Assembly: GCF_001194135.2 (NCBI RefSeq)
Contig: NC_068982.1
Coordinates: forward strand, 142,648,858 to 142,685,223
Origin: Octopus bimaculoides
Lineage: Eukaryota
Reading direction: 5' to 3'
DNA length: 36,366 bases
Shown one piece after another: positions 1 to 12,059 of the stretch. Below the pieces are notes generated by a model. It did not search any database and had not been told where the DNA came from. It saw only the letters and a program-made list of their open reading frames with translations. Both the position numbers and the translations under genes were made by a program. How positions within the stretch are numbered: position 1 is the first letter of the stretch; every line of letters begins with the position of its first letter.

Positions 1-62
1 TATATATATACATACATACATACATACATACATACATACATACATACACACACATACATACA
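1..62. repeat. (TACA)n/(TA)n microsatellite abutting the SINE tail
   Basis: Direct reading: tatatatatacatacatacatac... Confidence 0.95.
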
Positions 63-418
63 TATTGTTGTTGGCACTCCGTCGCTTACGACGTCGAGAG
101 TTCCAGCTGATCCGATCAACGGAACAACCTGCTCGTAAAATTAAAGTGCAAGTGGTTTAGCACTCCACAGACACGTGTACAATTAACGTAGTTTTCGGGG
201 ATATTCAGCGTGACACAATGTGACAAGGCTGACCCTTTGAATTACAGGCACAACAAAAACAGGAAGTAAGAGTGAGAGTAAGTTATGGTGAATGAGTACA
301 GAAGGGTTCGCCACCACCCCCTGCGGGAGCCTCGTGGAGTTTTAGATGTTTTAGCTCAATAAACACTCACAACGCCCAGTCTGAGAATCGAGACCGCGAT
401 CCTATGACCGCGAGTCCA

Positions 419-420
<2 letters not shown>
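63..420 (-). mobile_element. tRNA-derived SINE, family C, slightly 5'-truncated
   Basis: The minus strand starts ggactcgcggtcataggatcgcggtctcgattctcagactgggc, with a B-box-like GGTCTCGATTC. A GC-richer body ends ...cgacggagtgccaacaacaa, a (CAA)n tail. Both flanks are (CATA)n. Confidence 0.75.
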
Positions 421-467
<47 letters not shown>

Positions 468-1203
468 TACATACATATTTGTATACACATATATATTAAT
501 GAAACTATATCTGCAACAACTAATAGAATTACGTATAATAAAATGGCAAAATCGCGTAACTTTAATATTAATTAGAGAATTTAATTAAATGTACTTAGCT
601 TAGGACCATTTAAGCGAAGTACAAAGTATTATATTTCATAAAGAATATGCCACTAATTCATCACCAGTTGAACGAAGCTATTGTGGTTGAATAATGCATC
701 TATTTTGAAACTTTTTTCACCCGAGGTTATTTTATTATATCCACTGAAAATATCATTAATATTGTCGATAATGATCTTTCTATAGTGTGAAGGCGAGGAG
801 TTCATTTAGGTTGCTCATTCACTAGAATTACCTATAGGTTTCTACATTTTATAATTCTAAATCATAGAAAAACAACTCTATGCTGAATATTCTCATTAAT
901 TTGGGTTTTAATTTACGAAACTACTGATGCAAACATACCATCGGCAATGGCATTTTCGCACACGTTTTGAAGTTGAGCCAGAATTTCCTACTTGGAGCCG
1001 ACAAACAAGATCTAGATTCCATAGTTATACATAACTAAAGATGACAACGCATTTAACCAATATTAACGAGCAAAGGGTCCAATATTTTCACTGAGTTTAA
1101 TAATTTGGTTAATTTGATCCAGGTTCGTTTTTGCTATAAACAAAATCACTAAACCAAAACTAGGATTGAAATATCATTAGATTGGAACAACTATCTGTGC
1201 ATC

Positions 1204-1208
<5 letters not shown>

Positions 1209-1248
<40 letters not shown>

Positions 1249-1901
1249 NNNNNNNNNNNNNNNNNNNNNNNNNNNNNNNNNNNNNNNNNNNNNNNNNNNN
1301 NNNNNNNNNNNNNNNNNNNNNNNNNNNNNNNNNNNNNNNNNNNNNNNNNNNNNNNNNNNNNNNNNNNNNNNNNNNNNNNNNNNNNNNNNNNNNNNNNNNN
1401 NNNNNNNNNNNNNNNNNNNNNNNNNNNNNNNNNNNNNNNNNNNNNNNNNNNNNNNNNNNNNNNNNNNNNNNNNNNNNNNNNNNNNNNNNNNNNNNNNNNN
1501 NNNNNNNNNNNNNNNNNNNNNNNNNNNNNNNNNNNNNNNNNNNNNNNNNNNNNNNNNNNNNNNNNNNNNNNNNNNNNNNNNNNNNNNNNNNNNNNNNNNN
1601 NNNNNNNNNNNNNNNNNNNNNNNNNNNNNNNNNNNNNNNNNNNNNNNNNNNNNNNNNNNNNNNNNNNNNNNNNNNNNNNNNNNNNNNNNNNNNNNNNNNN
1701 NNNNNNNNNNNNNNNNNNNNNNNNNNNNNNNNNNNNNNNNNNNNNNNNNNNNNNNNNNNNNNNNNNNNNNNNNNNNNNNNNNNNNNNNNNNNNNNNNNNN
1801 NNNNNNNNNNNNNNNNNNNNNNNNNNNNNNNNNNNNNNNNNNNNNNNNNNNNNNNNNNNNNNNNNNNNNNNNNNNNNNNNNNNNNNNNNNNNNNNNNNAT
1901 A

Positions 1902-1932
<31 letters not shown>

Positions 1933-1953
1933 GTATACATATATATATATATT

Positions 1954-1984
<31 letters not shown>

Positions 1985-2100
1985 TCATACTCACACACGC
2001 ACACATACAGATACATGCATACATACTTGCATACATATTTATACACAGACACACATATACACACATACAGACATACATGCACACACATACACCCACATAC
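1209..2100. repeat. Compound (TA)n/(CA)n microsatellite spanning assembly gap 1249-1898
   Basis: Direct reading. Confidence 0.9.
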
Positions 2101-2944
2101 ATATGTAAATAGTGTGGGCTGCGTGTTGCTTTTGCGTGTTATATCTAGAGAGGCCCCTAAGCAGTTTTTGTGGGGATGATATCTTAACTCATTTGTCTGT
2201 TTAAATTTCATATTTTCAACTAGATTCCCAAAGCAAAAAAAAAAAAAAAAGATGAAACGGAAATCATGCAATTAAAATATACCATGAAGCAGTTATTTTT
2301 TTTCCATTTCTGAAGAGCATGTGGATTTCCACCGGAAGTGTCATGCTATAGAAATTCTTAATTTCCTTAGTTCAAAAAACATGATATAATCGGAAATTAT
2401 CCTTTAGGTGTACTATCAATAACATCATTAAAACTTACTGAAGCAAAGTTAGGGATTTCCGTCAGTTCTCCTTGATGTATTTCGTCACACATGTCTTCTT
2501 TTTATTAATGTGAACTTTAGCTGAAGGCATTTCCTAGCTTTCATCATCTTTCCTTCTGCATGCCGTGCAGCGTACTAACCTCATAGTTCCATATCTTTAA
2601 TAAGGTTGATTGAGATTTTTAAAAGATATCAGATAACATATTTCTTAATAATTTGAACACCAAAACCATTGTTGACAAATAAATCATATCGTTTTCAACT
2701 AAGGAAATATAACAATTAATTAAATTGGATTGTTCATAAGAAAAATAATTTCTGCTAATAGATATAGTAACTAGCAATTACCTACTTGCTTGGAAGTATA
2801 TTTTCTACATAGTTTGAATACAATATTTAGTAAAAATGTGATTGGAATACCAACGCCTGTCAATGGGCCGATGCAAAATTTAAGGACGGTAGTTTATCAG
2901 AGCCTTAGAATTTATTTACGATTTATGATTTATTTTGGATTTAT

Positions 2945-3030
2945 TTATGATGGAATAAAGTATGAGTGAAATACTGGGATCGAAAGCAACGACAGTTTGT
3001 CCCCTCTAAATTCTTGTCCTCGTATCTTTC
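2945..3030 (+). mobile_element. Degenerate 3' half of a family B SINE
   Basis: gaataaagtatgagtgaaatactgggatcgaaagcaacgac...gtcccctc resembles the family B core taagtaccagt...ctggggtcgat..atcgac...cccctc. Confidence 0.35.
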
Positions 3031-3342
3031 GCCCGAACTTATTCATAGTTTAAGCTGTTCTCGAATTGGAACTGTAACTGAATCATAGGAAGAGCCGAAG
3101 TATTAGTCTAGAGAAGAACCACATGGCCAGTGTGTTTAAAACACGTGTGGATAAATAAATCTGATATTGTTTATTATTAGTTCATATATTATTAATTTCA
3201 GATGAAATCCAAAATGTCACCACCATTAACGTTCCGCGTAATCCAAACTAGAAAATGTTAAACTGATGGACCTACATAAAGCAAAGCAACTTGTTTATAA
3301 CTATGTAATTCCAGATATCCCACTCTTACATGTTATATAGAT

Positions 3343-3383
3343 ATGTGTGTGTGTTTGTGTGTGTTTGTTTGTATGTGTGTGTG

Positions 3384-3414
<31 letters not shown>
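3343..3414. repeat. (TG)n microsatellite
   Basis: Direct reading. Confidence 0.95.
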
Positions 3415-3526
3415 ACATTACACATACACATATTATCTCTGCTTATTATTTTTGACTTTCACACTTATAAAAACAAAAAGTTTCTAAAATTCCATATATT
3501 GTGACGATTCATTTCTTCCTCTCCCC

Positions 3527-3665
3527 TGCAAAACGTTTCTCTAGTGCATCGGACAAAATAGTAACTGGTATTTATGTCGGTTCTCTGTGTTTTGAGTTAA
3601 AATTCCTCTGATTCAACTCTACTTTTCATATTTTCAGTACCGATAATTGAAGTATCACTTGAGCA
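3527..3665 (+). mobile_element. Old degenerate family B SINE
   Basis: cggacaaaat..ggtatttatgtcgg..gttttgagttaaaattcc..caactctacttttcat..cgataattgaagtatcacttgagca aligns by eye to the younger copies at 16125 and 35341. Confidence 0.55.
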
Positions 3666-3744
3666 AATAAACTAACCAGCTAACTACTTAGGCTGACGAC
3701 GTCGACAAATGCTACCCTTCATAATTGTATAAATCAGAAAGAAA

Positions 3745-3925
3745 ATTCGATTAGCTGACCGAAACACAATTAAGAGCGAAAAATATGTCTTTCAATATTT
3801 CTTCCGAATTTTTACGTTCCGAAATCAAATAATACTGGAGTCACCTTTGTCTCTCATCCTTCCGGTATAGATAAGGTAAAGTACCTGTCAAGGAATGAAT
3901 ATGATGGCATCAATTTAACCCATGC
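3745..3925 (+). mobile_element. Old degenerate family B SINE
   Basis: tttacgttccgaaatcaaat..gagtcacctttgtctctcatccttccggtatagataaggtaaagtacctgt matches the family B core. Confidence 0.45.
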
Positions 3926-4077
3926 CATCCATATTGCTATGTTTTTGCCTAAATCAGAATCCGTTATTGTTATTAATGTTAGTAGTCATACAGATTTTAA
4001 ATTTCGAGAACAACACAATTATTATATAAACTCCTGAGGTACACAGCAACAAAGAATGTACACTACAAAAAGAAACA

Positions 4078-4145
4078 GCGCCCAAGATTAGGATTGAACA
4101 ATCGCTCGTGAGTTTAACAGTCTCCTGCTCTATCTACAGATTTGG
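4078..4145 (-). other. Degenerate tRNA-like head, probably a SINE remnant
   Basis: Minus strand ctgtagatagagcaggagactgttaaactcacgagcgattgttcaatcc has A-box-like and B-box-like segments around a CTGTTAA loop. The cloverleaf stems are poor. Confidence 0.3.
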
Positions 4146-4870
4146 TCGAGTTGCTATAAATAAAAAATAACAGTCAATTTTCATTTCGTATATAGGCTGT
4201 CGTAATTTCGTATTTACTGTTGCAAAAATTTCAACTGCATCTTGGATACTGCGTCTTAGAAAAATAGTTGTAGTTATTAATTATATCCCTATCAAATATC
4301 ATTAAATATAAAGATATATTTGTTACAGACAATACATTATTGTCAATCCATTACACATAATATAAAAATAATTGTTGTTGAAAATTCGTATTTGCTAGTC
4401 GATTTCGAAAAAGAAACCGCGTGGGTTAAATAATGTGAGACGTTTTATCTTCAACTTAATTATAAATATTATATTTTGCTCTATCTCTGAATTATCTGTC
4501 ACAAGGTATTATTAATTTAGAGACTAAACTAATATTTGATAAAAGTAATTGAAACTATCGAGCTAAACAACGGTCAGCAATACACCAAGTGTTGAACTGA
4601 TATTTGTTTTACTCTCGCTTCAGATATTTGTATTTGTGTCTATATATTTCTATATTGGAGGTGTCAGAAAATACGGCGGTTTATGAACTGCCGTATTCAA
4701 ACATAATAATTAGTTGTAGACAAGAAGCTCGCAATGACAAATATCTCTTAAACCAGTAACACATGGCCAAATATACTACGCATTATTAAAACTTAACATC
4801 TTTACTTTGTATATTTCTATATATCTAAATGTATGCACACAAATATACAACCATATATATAAATATACAG

Positions 4871-4906
<36 letters not shown>

Positions 4907-5842
4907 NNNNNNNNNNNNNNNNNNNNNNNNNNNNNNNNNNNNNNNNNNNNNNNNNNNNNNNNNNNNNNNNNNNNNNNNNNNNNNNNNNNNNNNNNNNNNN
5001 NNNNNNNNNNNNNNNNNNNNNNNNNNNNNNNNNNNNNNNNNNNNNNNNNNNNNNNNNNNNNNNNNNNNNNNNNNNNNNNNNNNNNNNNNNNNNNNNNNNN
5101 NNNNNNNNNNNNNNNNNNNNNNNNNNNNNNNNNNNNNNNNNNNNNNNNNNNNNNNNNNNNNNNNNNNNNNNNNNNNNNNNNNNNNNNNNNNNNNNNNNNN
5201 NNNNNNNNNNNNNNNNNNNNNNNNNNNNNNNNNNNNNNNNNNNNNNNNNNNNNNNNNNNNNNNNNNNNNNNNNNNNNNNNNNNNNNNNNNNNNNNNNNNN
5301 NNNNNNNNNNNNNNNNNNNNNNNNNNNNNNNNNNNNNNNNNNNNNNNNNNNNNNNNNNNNNNNNNNNNNNNNNNNNNNNNNNNNNNNNNNNNNNNNNNNN
5401 NNNNNNNNNNNNNNNNNNNNNNNNNNNNNNNNNNNNNNNNNNNNNNNNNNNNNNNNNNNNNNNNNNNNNNNNNNNNNNNNNNNNNNNNNNNNNNNNNNNN
5501 NNNNNNNNNNNNNNNNNNNNNNNNNNNTATATATATATATATATTTATATCGCTTCGGCATTTTGAGATCAGTAACCCGATGTAGAACTCAATGTACGTG
5601 TGTTTCGGAACGAAGTGCTGGCTGAGTATAGACCTGTAATGAGAAAGAGAGATGATACAGGAATAAATCATTATCTTATGAACTTCATTAGCTTAGAGCA
5701 ATTTCTGCAATAAGGGTTAGTCAACTCCTAGGTGAATGACTGAATAACACCCTATAGGTCCATCAGAGCCTCGTATATGAAAGGTAATTTATTTGTGCTT
5801 ATACAGGGATTATATCCAACAATGCGAAAAGTCAATACAGAT

Positions 5843-6165
5843 TCATTCTCATTGCATGGCACGTTGCACAAGTGTCTTCTACTATAGCCTCGGGCCGACC
5901 AAAGCCTTGTGAGTGGATCTGGTAGACAGAAACTGAAAGAAGCCTGTCGTATGTATATGTATACGTTTGTGTGTCTGTGTTTGTCCCTCCATCATCGCTT
6001 TACAACGATGCTGGTGTTTTTATCTCCACGTATGGATCGGCGAAAGAGAATGATAGAATAAGTACTAGGTTTACAAAGAATAAGTCCTGGGGTCGATTTG
6101 CTCGACTAAAGGCTGTGCTCCAGCATAGGCGCAGTCAAATGACTGAAACAAATAAAAGAATAAAA

Positions 6166-6169
<4 letters not shown>
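5843..6169 (+). mobile_element. Family A SINE, 5'-truncated
   Basis: agtgtcttctactatagcctcgggccgaccaaagccttgtgagtgga...gaaactgaaagaagcc, then an internal TA/TG tract, then ...ggggtcgatttgctcgactaaagg...cagtcaaatgactgaaaca and an (AAAAGAAT)n tail. Collinear with 32364-32802. Confidence 0.9.
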
Positions 6170-6205
<36 letters not shown>

Positions 6206-7395
6206 CGGAGTACATATATAAAGATATATACACACATAAACACACACACATACCCTGCTGTATCTTAGGAGTGTCATTTGCCAATGCGCATATTCGTTTC
6301 ATTTCACCAATTTTATTATTAGTTGCTAATTAGTTAACCAATTAACTAATCGACTTCTTTCGTAGATTGACCGAAAGATTAATCAAGCAATCGATTACTT
6401 AATTATTTAACTAGTTGACTACATTCACATTAAGAATGTTTCAGAACAAATTTAGAACCACATGCACAGACCCACCTATGTATGTATGTATGTATGTATG
6501 CATATAGATATAGATGAATGACGGGTGTTTTCACAATGCCTTTCTAGCAAATTTGGCAGCCAAACACTTCATCACATCTTTATTAAACGTATTAGTTACA
6601 TCGAAAATTTGAAAGTATGCTCAAACGTGTCATTATGTGTGTGAGTGTGTGTGTGTGTTTCTGTGTGTGTTTGTATGTCTTTGTGTGTGTGAATGTATGT
6701 GTATGTGCATATGTCAATTGATATTTCATATGATTTTACAAGATGCCGTTGAGTGGAGTCGAATCCTTTATACTCTGCCGTTCAAGCAATCGGTTTAAAA
6801 ACACGATTATGCTTCCTATGAATATAATAATGTTTCTATTATGATTATGCATAGTTGTGTTAAAGTTTAAAAACATTCAACTTTGAACCGAGCAGACTAG
6901 ATATAAGATAAAACCAAAAACAGAATCCGCTAGACGTTAACGTTGCCAAAAAGTAACTTTCTCAAATATTTATATTAGATGAGGATAGATACAGTTTGAC
7001 GTTTCGATATTGACTTGGCAGTAAAAAGCTAAATATTAGTTTAGAAAGTAATGATGTTGAAATTAAGCAATGTTTCTCTCCATTGCTTACAAAATCAAGT
7101 TTATGAGCGAAACTATGTCATTAAATTAATGCATTTTCGGCGCCTTGCTACCTCTTGAGTTCTTACTCGTCTGTTTTGCCACAGTAGCAAACAACCCGAC
7201 TTTCGATATGCCGTTGAAGGAAATGTGTAGTTACCTATATGTCATCAGAATGGAGTCTCTTCTCCATTGTTCTCTTTCATAAACGCTTCCTAAATCTGTA
7301 AAAGAGTTACGTTTTGCCGGAAAAATCGTAATCCATGTTGAGTTTTGAATTTTTAAACACGTAATAAGCAAAAATTATAGTCAGTTTGGAATATA

Positions 7396-7949
7396 CAGGG
7401 TGGTCCATAATGATGGGACACATTTTAACTGCTAGTATTTTGGATTATACAAATGACATAGAGTACCAATTATATGTATTGCATGACTGTTATACAGGAG
7501 TTCAACATATATGTGATTTTAATATTTTTTACACGTAGTTGGTGTTGGTGAACCTCTTAATGTTGTAGACCCCAAAAGAAATTGCATTCGTGGTCGAAGC
7601 ATACTTCACCAGCCAAATATCCCCCGTTGCTCGTTGTAGCCTAAAGAAAATTCTGACAGCAATTTGGAAGGCGACATGTGATCCTATGTATTGTTACAAA
7701 CCTTGGTGAGAAAGGCTATTGCAGCATTCCAGTTGATATGCCAAGCTGAAGTGCGCTTGAAATGAGAAATCGAGCTCGTTAATATTTTCTTCGTAGTGGT
7801 GACCATCTCCAGGATGTAATATTCAAATATTAGATAATATATTGAACTCCTGTATATTGGTTATGTAATAAACATATTTGGTGCTCTGTCATTTTTATGA
7901 TCCATGATACTAGCATTTAAAATGTGTCCCATCTTAATGGCCCACCCTA
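7396..7949 (+). mobile_element. Internally deleted Tc1/mariner-superfamily element (MITE-like) with ~115-bp TIRs; termini resemble rosa/DD41D-type transposases
   Basis: TA at 7394-7395, then cagggtggtccataatgatgggacacattttaactgctagtat...atacaggagttcaa. The reverse complement recurs at 7837-7949. Inside: ATG at 7560 gives ML*TPKEIAFVVEAYF, and ...LRSGDHLQDVIFKY* ends at 7833. Confidence 0.85.
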
Positions 7950-8029
7950 CATATTAACGTTTGTTTTTATATCGTTATATATAAAAAGAATTTAATATTC
8001 AAGTGAAGAGTTACTCAATACGTTTTGGG

Positions 8030-8469
8030 AGAGCATATGTCTATTATGCACAAGTGAGACGTGGACTACTACGGAGCGGGGAAAAACATCGGTAGGCTAA
8101 GGTGCAAACGCCCATGGAAAGATCCATTCTAGGAATATCATTATGAGAGTATATTCCAAGTCATATAATCCAAGACCGGAGCAGAAAGTACGATGATATC
8201 ACAGAACAGAGTATCAAAAGCACAAATTCCTCTTAACCGGACATGTTGCAAGGTTCTCAGACAAAAGATAGACAGGTGAAGTTGCTGATTAGTATCCAGG
8301 ATCGGAAAGACCACTTGAAATGCCTCTACGAGGATTGGAAGACGAATTATTTAAGCAGTTTGAGTCAAGATGTAAAAGAATGGTGTGATCAAGACAGAAT
8401 TTGAAGAGATTAGTGACCAGTGGTCTTTGACAACATCTGCTGATTTTCTCGATACTGTGGTACTGTGAT
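8030..8469 (+). mobile_element. 3' fragment of an RTE-clade LINE, decayed
   Basis: Across frameshifts: LLCTSETWTTT, AMERSILGISL, GHVARFSDKR*T..VAD*YP (two TAG stops at expected Trp positions). Ends in an 8-bp tandem tail gatactgt-ggtactgt-gat (8451-8469). Confidence 0.8.
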
Positions 8470-8524
8470 CTTTACTAGAAGGGTGACGGTGATTTCGAAG
8501 ATTTGGCCTACCAGCGTGTGTTCA

Positions 8525-8545
8525 TGTGTATGTATGTGTGTGTGT

Positions 8546-8579
<34 letters not shown>
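8525..8579. repeat. (TG)n microsatellite
   Basis: Direct reading. Confidence 0.95.
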
Positions 8580-8581
<2 letters not shown>

Positions 8582-10103
8582 CTCATTGATATGCTGTTGT
8601 AGTAAATATGTATTCAAGGAAGATTTAAATATGAGGTGTGCGAGTGAAATATGGATAAGTTAAAGTGTTGATCGCGTATTATAATTATTATGACAAACCG
8701 ATATTAATGTGCAAATCTATACCCAAAGGAATGCCAACCTTTCTCGTACTTCTCTGCGTTTGCCCACAAAGTTCCACAGACTACTTGATTCAATCGATTA
8801 CATTTTTTAATAAGGATTTCTAAGATACAAAACATTACATGCTATTTCTAACAGATTGAATGACCAGATAGGAGCTGGTATATTGGCTTTTGAGTTTAAT
8901 GTTAGTGTGCCCTGCTTAGATTAGTTACTTTCGTGATATTCAGGGGTGGTTAATGTTGTTCTTGAATTCCTAACCCAAAGATATTAAAAGACCACAGGAT
9001 CAAGGTAATCCAACTATGACTACCCTGTCCTAATTTCAGGAATATTGCACCACAGACGTTGTTACAATACTCTTTAAGACAATAACGTGTAGTTTGATAA
9101 AAGTTTGGTTATTAATTCATACAAGTGACACAACCTTGTAGATGCTCCATCTTTAATTCAAGAGTGGTATTAATGGTTTGTTATATGTTCCAGAATATGT
9201 AGAGGAGACTACAGGATACTGTATACATGAATAATAAAATAAAACAGAATAGATATGCTATGAATTTACTTTGACTTTCATCTAACTATGAATAAACGGC
9301 AAAACTACCGAAAAGTTATCTCGGGAGCAAGGATGAAAATTACACCAAATATTCCAAGAATATATGTCACCTAACATGAAAAAAAAAATGTATTTTTTTA
9401 ATGTTTTATTTATTTATTCATTTTTAATCATCAAAAATTTGCTAAGAATGATTTTTCCATATATTTAGAATTCTTCACTTGTGAAGTAGCTGAAATTTTG
9501 CAGCCAAATTTCTTCCAGCAGAACGAAATGTATATAAATAATTTATGAGAACATAAACTTAGAACCATTAATAAAAACATTACGCTACACCTCAGCAATG
9601 TACAGAGAAATCGGTGTGTGCGACGGGTGTGGAGAAAACCGAAAATCAAAGAGAGTAGGCTTCGAAATGATGTTCCAGCCAGATTGAAACAAGACATGCT
9701 TTGTCGTAATTTCATAAACTTGATCATGACTTAGAAGATGAAATCTAATTTTATCTTTGCTCTACACGTAATGCAATGAAGCCCAACTGTACAACAGTTA
9801 CTTTACGAACTCAATGCAAATATGCACGTTTGCATAGATCGATATGAAGTGTTTTATCAATAATTTCTTGTAAGAATATTATAAAAGAGTTGGATAACTT
9901 TAATAAATATCTGACTGCTGGGAACTGCTGGGATATGAACATTACAATATATGTTAAATGCCTCCCAGAAAACACAGATAATAGATACTATGAACACATG
10001 TAAACCATTTACCATATCTCTTTTCAAATTAAGTTAATAGTTGCCCCTTACTTTGGACAAAAATGCAGACCATACACGTACAAATATGAACACGTAGACA
10101 TAG

Positions 10104-10106
<3 letters not shown>

Positions 10107-10163
<57 letters not shown>

Positions 10164-10236
10164 TCTCTCGATTTCTCTCTCCCTTTCTCTTTCTCTTTCT
10201 CCCACTCTTTCTCCCCCCTCTCTCTCTCTCTCTTTC
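10107..10236. repeat. (CT)n microsatellite / polypyrimidine tract
   Basis: Direct reading; it explains the RERERE ORFs. Confidence 0.95.
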
Positions 10237-10935
10237 TATGCATATATTCTGTCTAGATAGATAGAAGGACAGGCAGATAGATACATACATGCATAAATAT
10301 AAATGTGTACCCATATATGTATGAGTGTGAACATGATTGTTTGAGAATAATATTTCATCCAGAGTAACTACATGAGATTTACTAACAATTCCCTAAGAGG
10401 AAAGTATGATTAATAGCTGACATCTTTTCTGTCCAGAGACATTATGTACTCTACATCCCTGATCCGTATTGTTAAGGAGCCTCGAGATTGAGTATATTGA
10501 TGCTTTATTATATCTTGATGTATTGCTGCCAGAGTTTAGCAGAAGTGCTGCCTTAGAAGTATTACCTAAAAAACTATCAGGATAGAAGTAGCAGGTAGCG
10601 TCCAGCAACACTCGACCATTCCACCGGGTAATTTTAAGTCGACTGACTATCCAAAACTTAAGTACCCCACCAACGGAAATTTCTACAGGAACGACGTAAA
10701 ATTACGCTTCCTCTCTTATGACTGTCTCGTCAAATTGTTTTGTCCTCTTCTTCAAAGTTGCATGCATCCAATGTATGATAAACATTGGCCATGTGATGGC
10801 TGTTTGAGTCATCAACTGACCGTCTAGAAATGTATAATCTACACAAAGTAGCTAGTGTTGATTTCTTTCGTGTGTAAACCGATTACACCTGATTACCCAT
10901 ACACATAATCAAACACGTATATATTCATATGCACA

Positions 10936-12059
10936 CAGGTGGTAGAGGCCTTATACACTGGAAAACTATAATAAAATAACCACCATAGGACGGTAAAAAT
11001 ACCTACTTCAGAAGCAAAGAAAACTAATGCAAATAACCACAAAACACGAGAAAAAAATGTTTTCAGTATTTAAGGAGGCTGACAAATACAAACAAGAAAT
11101 CATACAAACTAACAAATACGAAGAAAACGAAGAAACAACAAAAGCTGTAAAACAAATGAAATCCAAACTAAAACTGCAATGGACCTTGATAAAACGATGG
11201 TAAGAAAAGCCCCTTCATGGTAAATACTGGGCTAAACTAAATGCAAAAGAAGTAGACAGAGAAAAATCCCAGCAATGGTTGAGAATCTCAGGACTCAAAT
11301 TAGAGACTGAAGGATTTTTAATTGCTGCACAAGACCAAAGCCTCCCCACCAGAAATTACCAAAAACATATAATGAAAAGAAACATAACAAGTAACTGCAG
11401 AAAATGTGGCGATGGACAAGAAAGAATAAATCATATTATATCTGGCTGCCTAGTGCTGTCTAAGAAGGAATATATTCATCGATACGACAGAGTTGGGACC
11501 TACAAACACGCAAAGCTATGTCAAGACTATGGAATAACAACAGAAAAAAGATGGCATAAACATACGCCAGAAAAAGTCACAGAAAACGAGAAAGCAACCA
11601 TACTCTGGGATATGCCAATACTCACAGATAGAGAAATTAAGGCCAATAGACCAGATATAGTTGTCAAAGATCATGAAGAAGAAAATGCTTTGTAATTGAT
11701 GTATCAATACCAGCAGATCACAACGTTTCTTTAACATAGATGGAGAAACTTTCAAAATACATTGACCTAGAAATACAGGTAGCTCGAATGTGGAATCTAA
11801 AAACAGAAATAATTCCTATCATAGTCGGCGCATTAGGTATGGCAAAAATACATAACAAAAACACTAGGACTTACAAATATATATAACATACGGAAAATTG
11901 CATTACTGGGCACTGCACACATCCTACGCAAAACTCTTTCAATACAGTAACCATAAGAGTATCACAGCAAACCACAGCTTATATACCTAAGGCACACAGA
12001 ACTGCACACGGTAGTGAAGTGAAAACACGCTATAAAAATAAGACTACTGAATAATGATA
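10936..12059 (+). mobile_element. 5'-truncated R4/Dong-type non-LTR retrotransposon (end of RT, CCHC knuckle, restriction-like endonuclease, 3' UTR), inactivated
   Basis: GGRGLI (10938), W*EKPLHGKY, QWLRISGLKLETEGFLIAAQDQSLPTRNY, CRKCGDGQERINHIISGC (CX2CX8HX4C), LWDMPILTDREIKANRPDIVV. After a frameshift: CFVIDVSIP..EKLSKYIDLE..IIPIIVGALG, then KIALLGTAHILRKTLSIQ* (stop 11948-11950). A short 3' UTR ends in ataatgata. Confidence 0.9.

Noticed and set aside
6329-6350. Perfect 9-bp hairpin attagttaa-ccaa-ttaactaat
   Set aside because: It is short, AT-rich and lies in degenerate tetranucleotide low-complexity sequence.
9540-9690. Frame ..AMYREIGVCDGCGENRKSKRVGFEM with a CxxC
   Set aside because: About 49 codons between stops, no good splice sites and no further family motif. 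A lone CxxC is expected by chance.
11950-12059. R4-type 3' UTR as donor of a SINE tail
   Set aside because: By eye it matches none of the A, B or C family tails in the window.
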